A stretch of 61,805 nt of DNA, the filler included. It is 9 parts of 9 records of this genome, joined end to end, with 100 filler letters (N's around TTAATTAATTAA, not from the genome) between each part and the next. Parts side by side here need not be neighbours in the genome. Positions count along the whole stretch, not along the records: positions 41,914 to 45,518 come from SRR7504441_4084; positions 45,619 to 49,688 come from SRR7504441_4086; positions 49,789 to 54,861 come from SRR7504441_4097; 6 more parts are not named here. The stretch is one strand, 5' to 3'. Each line of letters opens with the position of its first letter. Positions within the stretch are counted from its first letter, which is position 1. This document shows, in pieces, positions 42,378 to 53,190 of this stretch. The notes beneath the pieces are model-generated. The model did no database searches, was not told the DNA's origin, and worked only from the letters and a program-made list of their open reading frames with translations. The translations under genes and the position numbers were made by a program.

Positions 42378-43565
42378 TCAACTCGGCGGGAAAGACATGA
42401 CTATGCTCTCTAAAAGCCCTGCTACCGACTGAATCCGGTCGGCATCCTCTTCGCTCAGCACCATCCGGGACCCGTCGTCAACCAGGACAAACCCCACCGC
42501 CCGCAGCACCTCACAACCCCCAAGGTGCCGCGCCACACGGTTGTGGAAAGCCTTGTTCAGCGGGAAGACTTCTCTATACTTGCCTCTCTCCTCCGGGGCC
42601 ACATCCTTGAGCAAATTGGACACCAGGCGGTGGAGCGCTCGCACAGCCGAAGTGTACTCGCTCGGTCCACAGTACTGCTTGAGCACTGTCAGAGCGTCCA
42701 CGGCACTGGACTGCGCTTCCACGTTGCTCACTGTGACGAAAGCACACGGCCCGGTCGTGTACTCATGATCCCAGCAGCCAGTGTACGCATCGGCGCAGGA
42801 CCGACAGAGGCAGTCCATCCACAGCTGGGGCACGTAAGGCGGGCAGAACGGGTCCACGTGCCCCAGCCCGCTCTCCACTTGCATCGGGGTGGGAACCGGG
42901 AACCCAACAGGCCGGCTCGGCTCGCCAGGCTCCACACAGGTCAGTGGGACATAATGATCGTGCGCCTCACTGCCCCACGAGAGCACCAGTGGTCGGCACT
43001 CGCCGAGCAGCCTCGGCGCGCAGCCGGGCTCGGCCTGTTCCTGGAGCTGCAGCCACCTGAGCGGCAGGAACGAGCCAGCCAGACCGTGGTAGCCGACTCC
43101 GTGCGTGCCCATGTCGCGCTGGGATGCGAGCAGAATCACAGGCCGACGAAGCACGTTGGCCAGCGCCAGGGTGTGCACGTTCGACAGGAAGGCCCCGTCG
43201 GCCTCCGCCTTGGCCGCGGCCTCCGCCGTCTCGGCCGAGCCCATCCCGGGATGCGCCCTCTCCAGAAGTTCCTCATACCACGCCCGGTGGGCCCCGAGTT
43301 CGTCGGTTGCAACCCGCTCCCGGAGCGCATCCCCGTGCTCGTCGGTGCCCCAGACCGCCAGGCTGACCGCCCGCACTAGACAGTTGCCGTCCGGTCTGGT
43401 CTGGATCGGAAGCACAGCGCACCCAGAGTTGGCCTGGATTTCTCGTATGAACCCGGACAGGTAGTGCAGCGCCGTGGCGTCGACACGCTCGACAGCCGAC
43501 CCCGCCGGGCAGCCAAAGGTCAGGTGCCGCGCGAGCTCGTCCTCCACAGGGCTCGTCGACTCCAT
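42378..43565 (-). CDS. OTU deubiquitinase (VCPIP1/A20-like) with a C-terminal PUB domain
   Basis: Catalytic loop PDGNCLVRAVS, ALANVLRRPVILL and His loop HDHYVPL. PUB-like LVSNLL...KYREV...NKAFHNRV...GGCEVLRAVGF. Confidence 0.88.
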   Translation of the reverse strand: MESTSPVEDELARHLTFGCPAGSAVERVDATALHYLSGFIREIQANSGCAVLPIQTRPDGNCLVRAVSLAVWGTDEHGDALRERVATDELGAHRAWYEELLERAHPGMGSAETAEAAAKAEADGAFLSNVHTLALANVLRRPVILLASQRDMGTHGVGYHGLAGSFLPLRWLQLQEQAEPGCAPRLLGECRPLVLSWGSEAHDHYVPLTCVEPGEPSRPVGFPVPTPMQVESGLGHVDPFCPPYVPQLWMDCLCRSCADAYTGCWDHEYTTGPCAFVTVSNVEAQSSAVDALTVLKQYCGPSEYTSAVRALHRLVSNLLKDVAPEERGKYREVFPLNKAFHNRVARHLGGCEVLRAVGFVLVDDGSRMVLSEEDADRIQSVAGLLESIVMSFPPS

Positions 43566-43585
43566 CGGGTCACGAGTTGACCCAG

Positions 43586-45023
43586 ATGCAATGCAACGGA
43601 TCGAGAGTGCCTGGCCGACGCCCGAACCGCCACCGTGCTGACCGCGTCGCGCGAGCGAGCCAGCAGATGACCGGGCGGGTGCTGTTCGAGGACGTTGCGC
43701 GGGCGGCCACCCGGATCCGGAGCGGGATCGTCCGCACCCCTGTGACCCACTCGCACTGGCTGTCCCAGATCTGCGGCTGCGAGGTCTGGCTTAAGCACGA
43801 GCAGCAGCTGTTCACCGGCAGCTTCAAGGAGCGGGGCGCCCGCAACGCGCTGCTCTGCCTGCCCCCGGACCGCCAACGGCAAGGGGTGGTGGCCGCGAGC
43901 GCTGGCAACCACGCGCTGGCGCTGGCCTGGCACGGGCAGCAGCTCGGGGTGCCGGTGTCGGTGCTTATGCCGGTGGTGGCCCCGCTGGCCAAGCGGCATA
44001 AGTGCGCCCAGTTCGGGGCCACTATCGTGGTGCACGGGGCCAACATCGCCGAGGCCAAGCTGCTGGCCGAGACCGACGCTCGGTTCGCTGGACTCCAGTA
44101 CATTAACGGCTATGACGACCCGGAGATCGTGGCCGGGGCCGGCACCCTGGGGATGGAACTTGTGGAGCAGCTCACTGACTTCGATTACGTGATGGTGCCG
44201 GTAGCCGCCCGCTGGGTATTAGGGTGGCTGATCGAGCGCCCGGCAGTGTGGAGGCGCTGGGTTGCTCGCTGGTGTCTCACTGGCCACCAAGACGCTCCGA
44301 CCTCAGGCCAAGGTAATCGGCGTCGAGCCGCGTAACTGTGCCTCGTTCGGGGCGGCGCTGGCCAACGGCGGTCCAACCGCTGTAGAGACCACCTCGACGC
44401 TGGCGGATGGGCTTGCAGTGCCGACCGTTGGTGCAAATGCTTTTGCGGTGGCCAAGGCCCACACGGACGACGTCTGTGTTGTGGACGAGTCGGATGTCGC
44501 ATTAGCGGTGCTCAGGCTGTTGGAGCACGAGAAGGTGATAGTGGAGGGCGGCGGGGCGGCCGGGCTGGCAGCGATCCTGCCGGGTGGGCCGTATCATACC
44601 CAGGTGCAGGGCAAGACGGTGGCGATCCCGCTGTGCGGTGGCAACATCGATGTGACAACGCTGGGGCGTGTGATAGACAGAGGAATGGCGGCCGACGGCC
44701 GGCTGGTGAGGTTTGTTGCTGAGGTGTCAGATCGGAGCGGCGGGCTGGCGCAGTGCACGGAGGTGCTCAAGAATTGTGGTGCGACTGTCAAGGACATCTT
44801 CCATGAGCGGGCATGGCTGCAGTCGGCAGTCGACCGGGTGCAGATCAAGTTCATCATCGAATGCTCGGGCGAGGAGCACTCGGCCCTCGTGTTACAGGCC
44901 ATGCTCGATGAGCGGATCGCGGTGCTGGTCTGGGGCAAGCAAGTGTACCGGCGTGATGGCTCGGCTGTCGCAACGCTCGACTCGGCCACGGGCGGCCCAG
45001 CCGAGCCGGCCCCTTTCGAATGA
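43586..45023 (+). CDS. Threonine ammonia-lyase (threonine/serine dehydratase) with an ACT domain
   Basis: PLP-Lys motif TGSFKERGA, ASAGNHA, VP/CGGAGL (intron 44201-44246), TLADGLAVP, LCGGNID and ACT-like VSDRSGGLAQ. Start is 43586 or 43667. Confidence 0.95.
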
Positions 45024-45518
45024 AAAAGATATTTAGTCCATCGGGCCCCGGATCGTTGGTCGCTGGATTGGTGGTCTCCCGGACCTGCTCGGATCCGATG
45101 GACGGTCCAGGTCGGTTGACACGTTCCACGGTCCGTTGACTTATTTCGTTTTAGTTCAGAGGCGTAGATTTCTTAAAATCTATATTACACGACTGGGGCG
45201 CAGTTCCCTCGTCAGCACAGCTCATTGTCCGGGACAATAGCCGGACATAACGATCATGGATCGTCCTGAACTCTACCCAACTTAGCACGTTAGCATCAAT
45301 TTTAATAGGTGACCAAGACGTCGCCAGTTTGGCGTCACTCTGTGCAACCCCGCACAGCGGATTGTGTACAACTGCAATGATGACAACCTAGAATGTCGCA
45401 CCAAAAGTCTCCGGAGTAGACGCCACCCCAGCCTAAGTCGTAGACAGCCGCAGCGAATATGGCGCCCGTGAGCCCAGCACCCACGGCTAGCACCAGCACC
45501 AACAGCCAGACCGCAGGC

Positions 45519-45618
45519 NNNNNNNNNNNNNNNNNNNNNNNNNNNNNNNNNNNNNNNNNNNNTTAATTAATTAANNNNNNNNNNNNNNNNNNNNNNNNNN
45601 NNNNNNNNNNNNNNNNNN
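45519..45618. other. Artificial contig linker
   Basis: Same 100-nt spacer. Confidence 0.99.
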
Positions 45619-48520
45619 CCCCCCCCCCCACCTGTGTGGCGCAGGCCGGCACGATCTGGAGCAGAGTGGCCGAGTTGCCCCGGAACCAGCCCCGCCAGCC
45701 CTCGTGCTTGTACATGTCTGCCCTGCGCTCGCGATCCAGCCAGGGTGCGGCAGCTGACCGTATACCCCGCCCAGCCACATCCGGCGGATCATCCACAGGC
45801 CCGGGTTGACTTGGCGCGGGGTGCTCGAGAGCGGCGAGTGGATCTGGTAGCTCTTGGGCTGGTACTTGGTGCTCTTCTCGCCGTAGAAGCTCTTCTCGCC
45901 GTGCACCTGCAGCACGATCTCACACTGCTGCTAGTGGCACAGTATGGTTAGCCGCACCTGCAGCATGATCTTGTTCCGGTCCAGCGGCGCCACCGAGCTC
46001 CGGGCCACCACAGCCGCCGTGCAAGAGCACAGCAGGTGGGCCCACACGTCGGTCTCCTCGCGCTGGATCCCGATCATTTGCTCGTCAGCGTCGGCCGACA
46101 CGGTGGTCCGCAGCCCAGACCGCGCGCTCTCTGGCGCCATTGAGAACACGTCGGCCTGGTGCCACGCGCCGCGCATCATCGAGATGTCGCCGATCAGTTG
46201 CTCGGGCAGAGCCCCGGCCTTGACCACCTCCCTGTTGAACTGCTCCAGCCCCACCTGCCCCGCCTGCCCCCCCAACTTGAGCCGGCCCACCTCCCGCCCA
46301 TCCGCGAAGCAGCTCAGCTCCGGCGGGATAGCCGTCGGCTCAAAGTGCTCCCTGGGCCGGGTGAGCGGCCGGCGGTCTTGCCGGGCACCAGATCTTGCAG
46401 AACTCGGCCCGGCTGATCCGGCCGCTCTTGTCGGTGTCGACCAGCCTGAAGGCGATGTCCGGCTGCCCCTGGCCTGGGCGGTGGGCTAGGGTTAGGAGCA
46501 CCTCGGCCTCGGGGTTGGACAGGAGCATGTCAAACCTCACAAACTCGTCAAAGCTGATCAGCTTGGTGCCGTTGCTGTCCACCAGCTCGAGCATAGACTC
46601 TATCACAGCCGCCCGCCGGCTGCGCATGTGTTTGACCCGCTCGACCGCCTTGGAAATCCCGCTCTTGCTTTCATCAGCGGGGCTCACTTGGCACCATCCC
46701 TCGTCCGAGTGCAACACTTCGGCCGACACGGCAAACTTGACACCTCGAACAAAGTCGTCCGGGCTCATCAGCTGCTCGCCTGCCACCGTCTGCGTGGCGT
46801 GCTGCTCAAACACTCGGCGCAAGTACAGGTCGGCAGCCTGGTCGCAGTACAGTGCGCTCACTATCCTGTGAGGGATAGCGTACACCAGCACTTGGCCCTC
46901 GCTCTGCACGCTAGAGCCTCGCTCCCCGCCCAGCACAGCCGCAAGGTCCCCAAACACGGTCCCCGGCTGCAGCCGGCGCACCAAGTGCTCGGCCCCGCAC
47001 TCGTCCGTGTACTCGGCCAGCGAGCCGGATCCCAGCACGTAAACATTATCGGCCGGGTCGCCCTGCCTGTAGATCCGCTCGCCCGGGCCAAACCTGAGCG
47101 CGAAGAACTGGCCGACTGCCTTGTCGAGCTCTGGCAGCTTCCTGAACATGAAGTGCTCGGCGATCGCCTGGTGGACCAGCCTGTCCCGCTGGAGCTGCGC
47201 CATCATCTTGCAGTCCATCCTGGGCAGCGCGAGCATTTCGAATGGCTCTCGGCCGCACTTCCACAGCCTGCAGCCGTTCTGGCCCCGGCAGACCAGCTTG
47301 GCCTGCTCCAGCCCGTGCATCGTGCCGAGCGAGTTCCCCCGGAAGAGCGCCTGCACCCTGTCCACCTGGCTCTCCCGCCCGACCAGCTCGCGGTCAAACT
47401 TGCCATCGCCCACCACGTACATGGCGCCCGCATCCAGCACACACTGCTCACCGTACTGCATGTCCGTCGCCTCGAAGTGCCCGGCCAGCTCGTCAGCCAG
47501 CTCGCCCGGAAGCCGACCGACGTACCGGCTCCGTTTGACCGCCTCCCTGAGCATCACGCGCTGCTGCTGCTCGTCCGAGTCGAGCTCGATTCCACTGAAC
47601 TGGGGCTCAGCCAGCCAGCCGGCCCGCTTGACCAGGTAGACCTCCGGGCACAGCCGGGCCCCGTCCGGCTTGAGCCTCACGGCCGGGTACCGCTGCTGCT
47701 CACCCGACCCAAAGTCTTTGGGGGTGTAGTTTGCAGCAGCCGGCCAGTGTTCGAGCAACTCAGCCGCCTGCAGCCCGGCCGCCACCAGCTGGGACGAGAA
47801 CATGGCTCGCTTGGACCGGCCCGGCAGGCTCTGCTTGTGCAGCGCGCTCAGCTCCGCCTGGAGCACCCGGAGCCTCCCCTCCAGCCGGGCCCTCTCGCCT
47901 TCGAGCGAGCGCACCTGCAGCCCGGTCCGAGAGCCGCCGCTCGCGAGCGCCCGGTCCAGCTGGGCCAGCTGGGCCTGCGCGTCGGCCTGGAGCGCGGTGA
48001 GCCGGAGCGCGCACTGCTCGCCGGGCGCAACGATCAACGAGTCCAGCAGCCCCGACGGCGAGTCCACGAACCGGCTGCCGCGCACCTCCCGCCCGAACCG
48101 GCGGAGCTTAGCCGCGCTCTCCGCCTGGGCCTCCGGGCCGGCCAGCGGCCAGTCGAGCTTGCGGACGGCCACCTCCCAGGCTCGGCTCTGCTGGATCCGT
48201 CGCTCGAGCCTGTCGATGTGGACCCCGTCGGGCCGCACCTCGAGCAGGAGCGGGTGCCCGTCCGGGGCCAGGTCGGACACCAGCCCGACGTGGTCCCACT
48301 TGCTGTTGGTGAGCGCCTTGGTCAGCGCGCACAGCCCGGCCGCCTGCAGGCTGGCCTGCCCCCCGCATTCGCCGCTGAAGAGCACAACGTCTCCGGGCGT
48401 CAACCGGCCCACCAGCTCGGCCACCGCCGCCGGGGCCGCTGACTCGAGCCCCCGGCTCGGTTCCAACCCGACCAGCGCCCGCACCCGATCCAAGCTCCCC
48501 CCGTCGCCTCTCTCCGCCAT
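45619..48520 (-). CDS. Multidomain mitochondrial carrier (SLC25): permuted papain-like domain + 2 cNMP-binding domains + EF-hands + carrier repeats, 3'-partial
   Basis: PGDVVLFS...SKWDHVG...MFSSQLVA...YTPKDF; GERIYRQGDPADNVYVLGSG...GTVFGDLA...RGSSV; DSNGTKLISFDEF and DTDKSGRISRAEF; VAPLDRNKIMLQ (Px[DE]xx[KR]) and EGWRGWFRGNSATLLQIVP. Confidence 0.85.
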
Positions 48521-48540
48521 GATGCCGTTAGTCAGGCTCA

Positions 48541-49688
48541 ATGGACGGCGGGGAGGAGCCGGGCTGGGGCTCGATCTGCGAGCTGCTGGACGGGTGCCAG
48601 CCCTCGGGCCGGCTGCCACCGGAGAGCCCGCCCCCTCCACCGGCCGGCCGGCTGCTGCTCAAGGCGGACGACCTGCTCCGGCCGCCGGGCGCCCCCCCGG
48701 AGTGGGCAGCGGCCGGCCCGACCGACGCCCCGCCCCGGCCCGATCCGGTCGAGCGGCTGCTCCGCGGGTTCGGGGGGGCTGCAGGAGGTCAAGGCGGTGC
48801 TGGCGGCGGTGCGTACTGCCCGGCCGACCTGAGAGCGAGCAGAGCCCCGGCTGGGAGGAGCCAGCCGCCCAGAAGGCCCTGGCCGCCGCAGCCACCCACC
48901 AGCTGGCCCCGCCCCGGTGCTACCTCCGACGGTGCGCGGCTGGGCTGGGCCGGCAGGAGCGGCGGGCAGCTTCTTGGAGGAAGTGATCCACCGGCTGCCT
49001 GCCGAGCCGACTGGCGAGCTGGCCGCAGCCGCGTTGGCGGCCGGTCCGGAGGATCCGGAGCTCGGGCATCGGATGTACTGGCTGGCGCACTGCGACCGGG
49101 CGGGGCGGGCGGGCTGCTGGCGGATGGCGCTTCGGGTGTGCGAGCGGTTTGCTCTGTCGGGGGTCGGCAGCACGATTTGGCCTGCAGGGCTGTATCTAGC
49201 GGAGCTCTGTTGGAGCTACCCGGAGCTGGTGGCCGGCCGGCGGGTGCTCGAGCTCGGATCGGGCTCCGGGGTGACTGGGATCGCGATACAACGGCTAGGG
49301 CCGGCGGAGCTCACGCTGACAGACTACCCTGAGCACGGCTCGGTGATGGCCAATCTGCGCCACAACGTGCAGCTCAACGGGATGGCCGACGCGGTGCGGG
49401 TGCGGCCGCTCGACTGGTTGAGTGTGAGCGAGCAAGAGCTGGAAGAGCTGGCCAGCCGGACCGACTTGGTGCTGGCGGCTGATCTCGTGTAGCTGCCGGG
49501 CCGAGCGTGGCTGGACGGCGGGGCAGGTACAGCCCTGAGCTGGTGCCCGGGCTGGTGCGGGTGCTCACCACGCTGCTCCAGGCGCCTGCACCGGCCCGGC
49601 CGGCCGGAGCGGCGGGTCAGGCAAACAGCCCGCCGGAGGTGCTGCTGGCTGCGCCGCCAAGGCAGCCGGCCACGCTGGCCTCGTTCGT
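48541..49688 (+). CDS. Protein-lysine methyltransferase (Methyltransf_16; EEF2KMT/FAM86-like), multi-exon, 3'-partial
   Basis: GSTIWPAGLYLAE, VLELGSGSGVTG, LTDY, LDW and DLVLAADLV/YSPE. Confidence 0.88.
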
Positions 49689-49788
49689 NNNNNNNNNNNN
49701 NNNNNNNNNNNNNNNNNNNNNNNNNNNNNNNNTTAATTAATTAANNNNNNNNNNNNNNNNNNNNNNNNNNNNNNNNNNNNNNNNNNNN
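49689..49788. other. Artificial contig linker
   Basis: Same 100-nt spacer. Confidence 0.99.
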
Positions 49789-50166
49789 TGCTGCGGTAAG
49801 TCGCCGCACCCAGCGCCGAATGCCGCGGTGATTCGAACTGCAAACGGCGGCTACCTTGCCTACGGGGACCCAGCTGGCTACCGCAGCGACGTGGAACCTG
49901 TGATTTTTACCACGCGGCAGATTCGCGAAGCCAGCTCCGTTGATGGACTGGTATGGATGGTGGGCGACTACCTGCCCCCAGACCATGACGCGCCCGCTGA
50001 CCAGGTTCCCGAAACGCTTCTTGTCAGCAATGGCAGCGTGCAGGCCCTACTGTACGCGTGCCCACCTGAGCCGCCGCCCTCCGAGTCGGACTGGGCATAC
50101 AAGCGCATCCGTTACATGCAGCGGCGGGCGGTCGCTGATGAGGCGGGAGGTAGTTTGTACCGGTAG
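49789..50166 (+). CDS. 3' end of a hypothetical gene
   Basis: Coding-like frame ...IRTANGGYLAYGDPAGYRSDVEP...AGGSLYR* followed by AT-rich sequence. Confidence 0.45.
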   Translation, partial: CCGKSPHPAPNAAVIRTANGGYLAYGDPAGYRSDVEPVIFTTRQIREASSVDGLVWMVGDYLPPDHDAPADQVPETLLVSNGSVQALLYACPPEPPPSESDWAYKRIRYMQRRAVADEAGGSLYR

Positions 50167-50348
50167 TCGCTGTGTAAGTACTTGATACTAAACATATGAC
50201 TACAATCGTTAGGGCCCGAGCCAAAGCCGTGGACTAGTAGCAATGGACATCAAGTATATCAAAACCAACGAGCGGCACACAATCATGTAATGTTCAATCT
50301 ATGTTCATTCAATCATGATTGTACAATGGACATCATGCACATAATGTT

Positions 50349-53090
50349 TTATTTTTGTCGATCACGACATAAGGTCTGATACAAGCAATGCTCACACGCA
50401 AACTGCGACGGCGTCGAACCAAACCGTCTGCTATGGATCTTTTGGTGCGTAGTAATCAGAACATCTCGTGCCTGTTCAATCTGGGCCTCGTCGATTGCCA
50501 CCTCGTACCTCGTGCCGTCTCCGATTGCCTCTACTCTCGCACGATCCGGCAGACACCCGTACACTTCCCTGTAACCAAGCAGATAGATCTGCATCTGCAG
50601 CCAGTGCGGGCTGCTCTTTGGCAACCGCTTCCCCGCCAGCGCCGGTAGTCTGGACTTGTACTCCACCAGCGCGGCATCAGCGCCCATCCCTTCAATGCGG
50701 TCCCAAGCCCCGACAAGCCGCACTCCGGCCACATGCACATCAAACCGTTCTTCCACAGAGCCAACGCCCACAGGCTGGGCCACCTGCCTGCCCATTATTC
50801 GCCACTGGCGGGGGCGGCACGCCTCGCGGGCGTGAAAGTTGGTAAGGTCGCGCACCGCCGTCGCCCTCCCCAGCAACCTATGCTCGAACCGGCCCGAGCC
50901 CCGTAGATTAGCCCAAGATTGATCAAACCCTGTCAAGAGCAGCTGAGGCCCAGGATCCGCCCTTGAGTCGGCTCTGGCCCGCAGGTAGCCAGCCACAGCT
51001 GCGTGTAGCCCGGTCCCGTATGCCATCGACTCCGGCGGACTGGTCGGGGCCTTGAGCAAATACCGGTACCAGTAGCTCCGCGGGCAGTGTCGGTAGGCTG
51101 AAATCTGAGAGAATGAAATGTGCTCCGGGAGTGCCGCGGACCCGTCCTCGTCCACACCCCCAGAAGGACTCACCGGGCCTGATCGAGTCACGTCCGGCGG
51201 GTCTGCGCCCGATGCCTGAGCCGTCCGGTTAGCAAAGTCGATCACGCGGCATACCTCGAGCGCGAACCGTGAGATCTTACGAGCCCGCGACCCGGGCGGC
51301 GGGCGCGGCTGTTCGAACATAGAGTGCGAGAAGACCAGCCGCTGCCTGGCCAGCCCGGCCACCCGCCATATCTGTCCCCACGCTCGGCCCGCCACTAGGG
51401 TCTGGCAGCACCGCCTGCCTCTTGGACTGAATGTGCGATTCGCGGTCTTGCCGCAGCTCTTCGGGTAGAAACCTGCCGTTCACTCAGGATTGCCAGAGCC
51501 CTGCCAGCACCGCGGCTGCAGGTTGGATCCCGGCAGCGCACTATCCGATGCAGCCATGACATAGACCACATCGGCCGGCTCTACGGCCATCGGAATCGGC
51601 GCGAGGAGCACTGTAGCGTCCGCCAGAGGGCCATCGCCACGCACACTAGCCCTGAGTCCGCCGTTCGCCGCGAGCTCCTGCAGTCGCGGGGCCAGGCTCC
51701 AGGCCTTGCCACAGCCGAGCCCCTCCTCCAGCCCGAGCATCCGGTCCAGCAACTCCGCCATGGCCGCACTTGCCTCCTCCGAGCCGCCAAACTCCTCGCA
51801 CACCACCCTGTTCCAAAACCGTGCCACAAGCTCCCTGGCCGACAGCCGGTTCACGTCGGCCCGCAGCCTGTCGACTATCTTGACCGCGGCGCCAGTGAGC
51901 TCACACCCAGTTGGCTCGTGCCTCAGCGCCTCGAGCAGTGGTCGACCCTCGTCATGAACGCGCTGGTTGGCAGCACGCAGCACACTCGGCGGCACACCGA
52001 GTGGTCCGCTGCACAGCCCGAAGAGCGACGGGTCATGCTGCTCGGTGGTGAGCACATCGAGCAGCTGCAGCGCGGACGCCACCTCCTGAAAGCTCGCCAG
52101 GTCCTGCTGGGCACGACAATCAAACTCTACCGCACGGTCCTCCAGCGCGCCCGCCAGCTTGATCAGCGCCTGCTGCTGCGGCGCCACTACCAGCGCACTC
52201 CGTCCTGCGGCCGCATCCGCGGCTAGCCGATCGGCCAGCTGTTGGGTTTCAGCCCATGCGTGCTCAAAGGATATGAGCTCAATGCTACTCGCCGCTCCCG
52301 GGTGCACGCCATCCGGGCCGAGCCCTGCAGCCAGATCCGCCCCGGCGGTGAGCTGCACAGTGCTCTCGGGAGCCAGCGCCTGATCCACCCAGTCGGCGGG
52401 GCTCTGCTGGCAGAAGATCAGCCTAGGCTCATCCTGCTGTCTGACCACCTCCGCCACCAGCGCAAGCTCCGCTCGAGTGCACAGGTCCGCGTCGTCGAGC
52501 AGCACACACTCGGCTGGATCGTCCCACCCGATCTGGCCGGTCTGCAGCTGCTCCAGCGCCAGCCCCACCAGGTCCCTACTGGAGGCCAGACCGAGCTCGA
52601 TCTTGATCTCCTGTATCCTCGCAAGCATCTCCCCTGCCTCCGCCAGGTGCGCCGGTCCGCCTCCGAGCCGGTCCAGGCCTACCCGCCCGTCCTGGACCGC
52701 CCAGAGCGTCCGGCACAGCTCGCGGGCCGCCCGGCCCGGGGCGCCTTCGCTCATCCGGGCCAAGCTCCCCCTGGCCAGCCGCCCCATGTGCTCCCTGATC
52801 AGCGCCTGCTCGGCACCCGCAGAGAGCGGCCGGCCGGTCCGCCCGAGCAGCCGGCCCGCGAGCTCGGGGACGGTCCGCGGCTGCAGCTCGGTCATGCCGT
52901 ACATGTCGACCCCAGCTCGCACCAGCCCGGCCTCCAGCCCGGCCAGCCGCCAGCGGGCGGGGCCAAGCAGCGCCATCCGGCCCGGCTGGTGCCGACCGAG
53001 CAGCCCGGCCGCGGCTGCCGCCAGCCCGGCGGTCTTGCCGCTCCCAGGCCCCCCGAGCAGGCGCACCCGGCCCGGGAGCCTGCTGTCCAT
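50349..53090 (-). CDS. Degenerate UvrD/SF1 helicase fused to a PD-(D/E)XK RecB-family nuclease (AdnA/AddB-like)
   Basis: Walker A GGPGSGKT and degenerate Walker B VLLDDAD. Introns at 51510-51473 and 51411-51372 join the two ORFs. Nuclease motifs: SFSQISAYRHCP, YGTGLH, VEERF, GAWDRIE, LVEYKS, QMQIY and CEHCLYQTLC. Start uncertain. Confidence 0.85.
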
Positions 53091-53190
53091 CGGCTGTGTG
53101 CCCCCGATTGATGACCGTTGCCGTTGCCCCAACGGCTTCCACAACGGCTGCCCACGGCTCGCGGCACGCGTGCTACGCTCCTCGGGAGCG

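Noticed and set aside
46628-48442. 604-aa plus-strand ORF and similar long antisense ORFs (e.g. 52477-53190, 42525-43379, 29295-30170)
   Set aside because: These are shadow frames of GC-rich coding sequence on the opposite strand, with no recognisable motifs.
50349-51130. Cas4 / CRISPR adaptation gene
   Set aside because: The RecB-type Fe-S nuclease is spliced to an upstream helicase-like region, and there is no cas1/cas2 or array.
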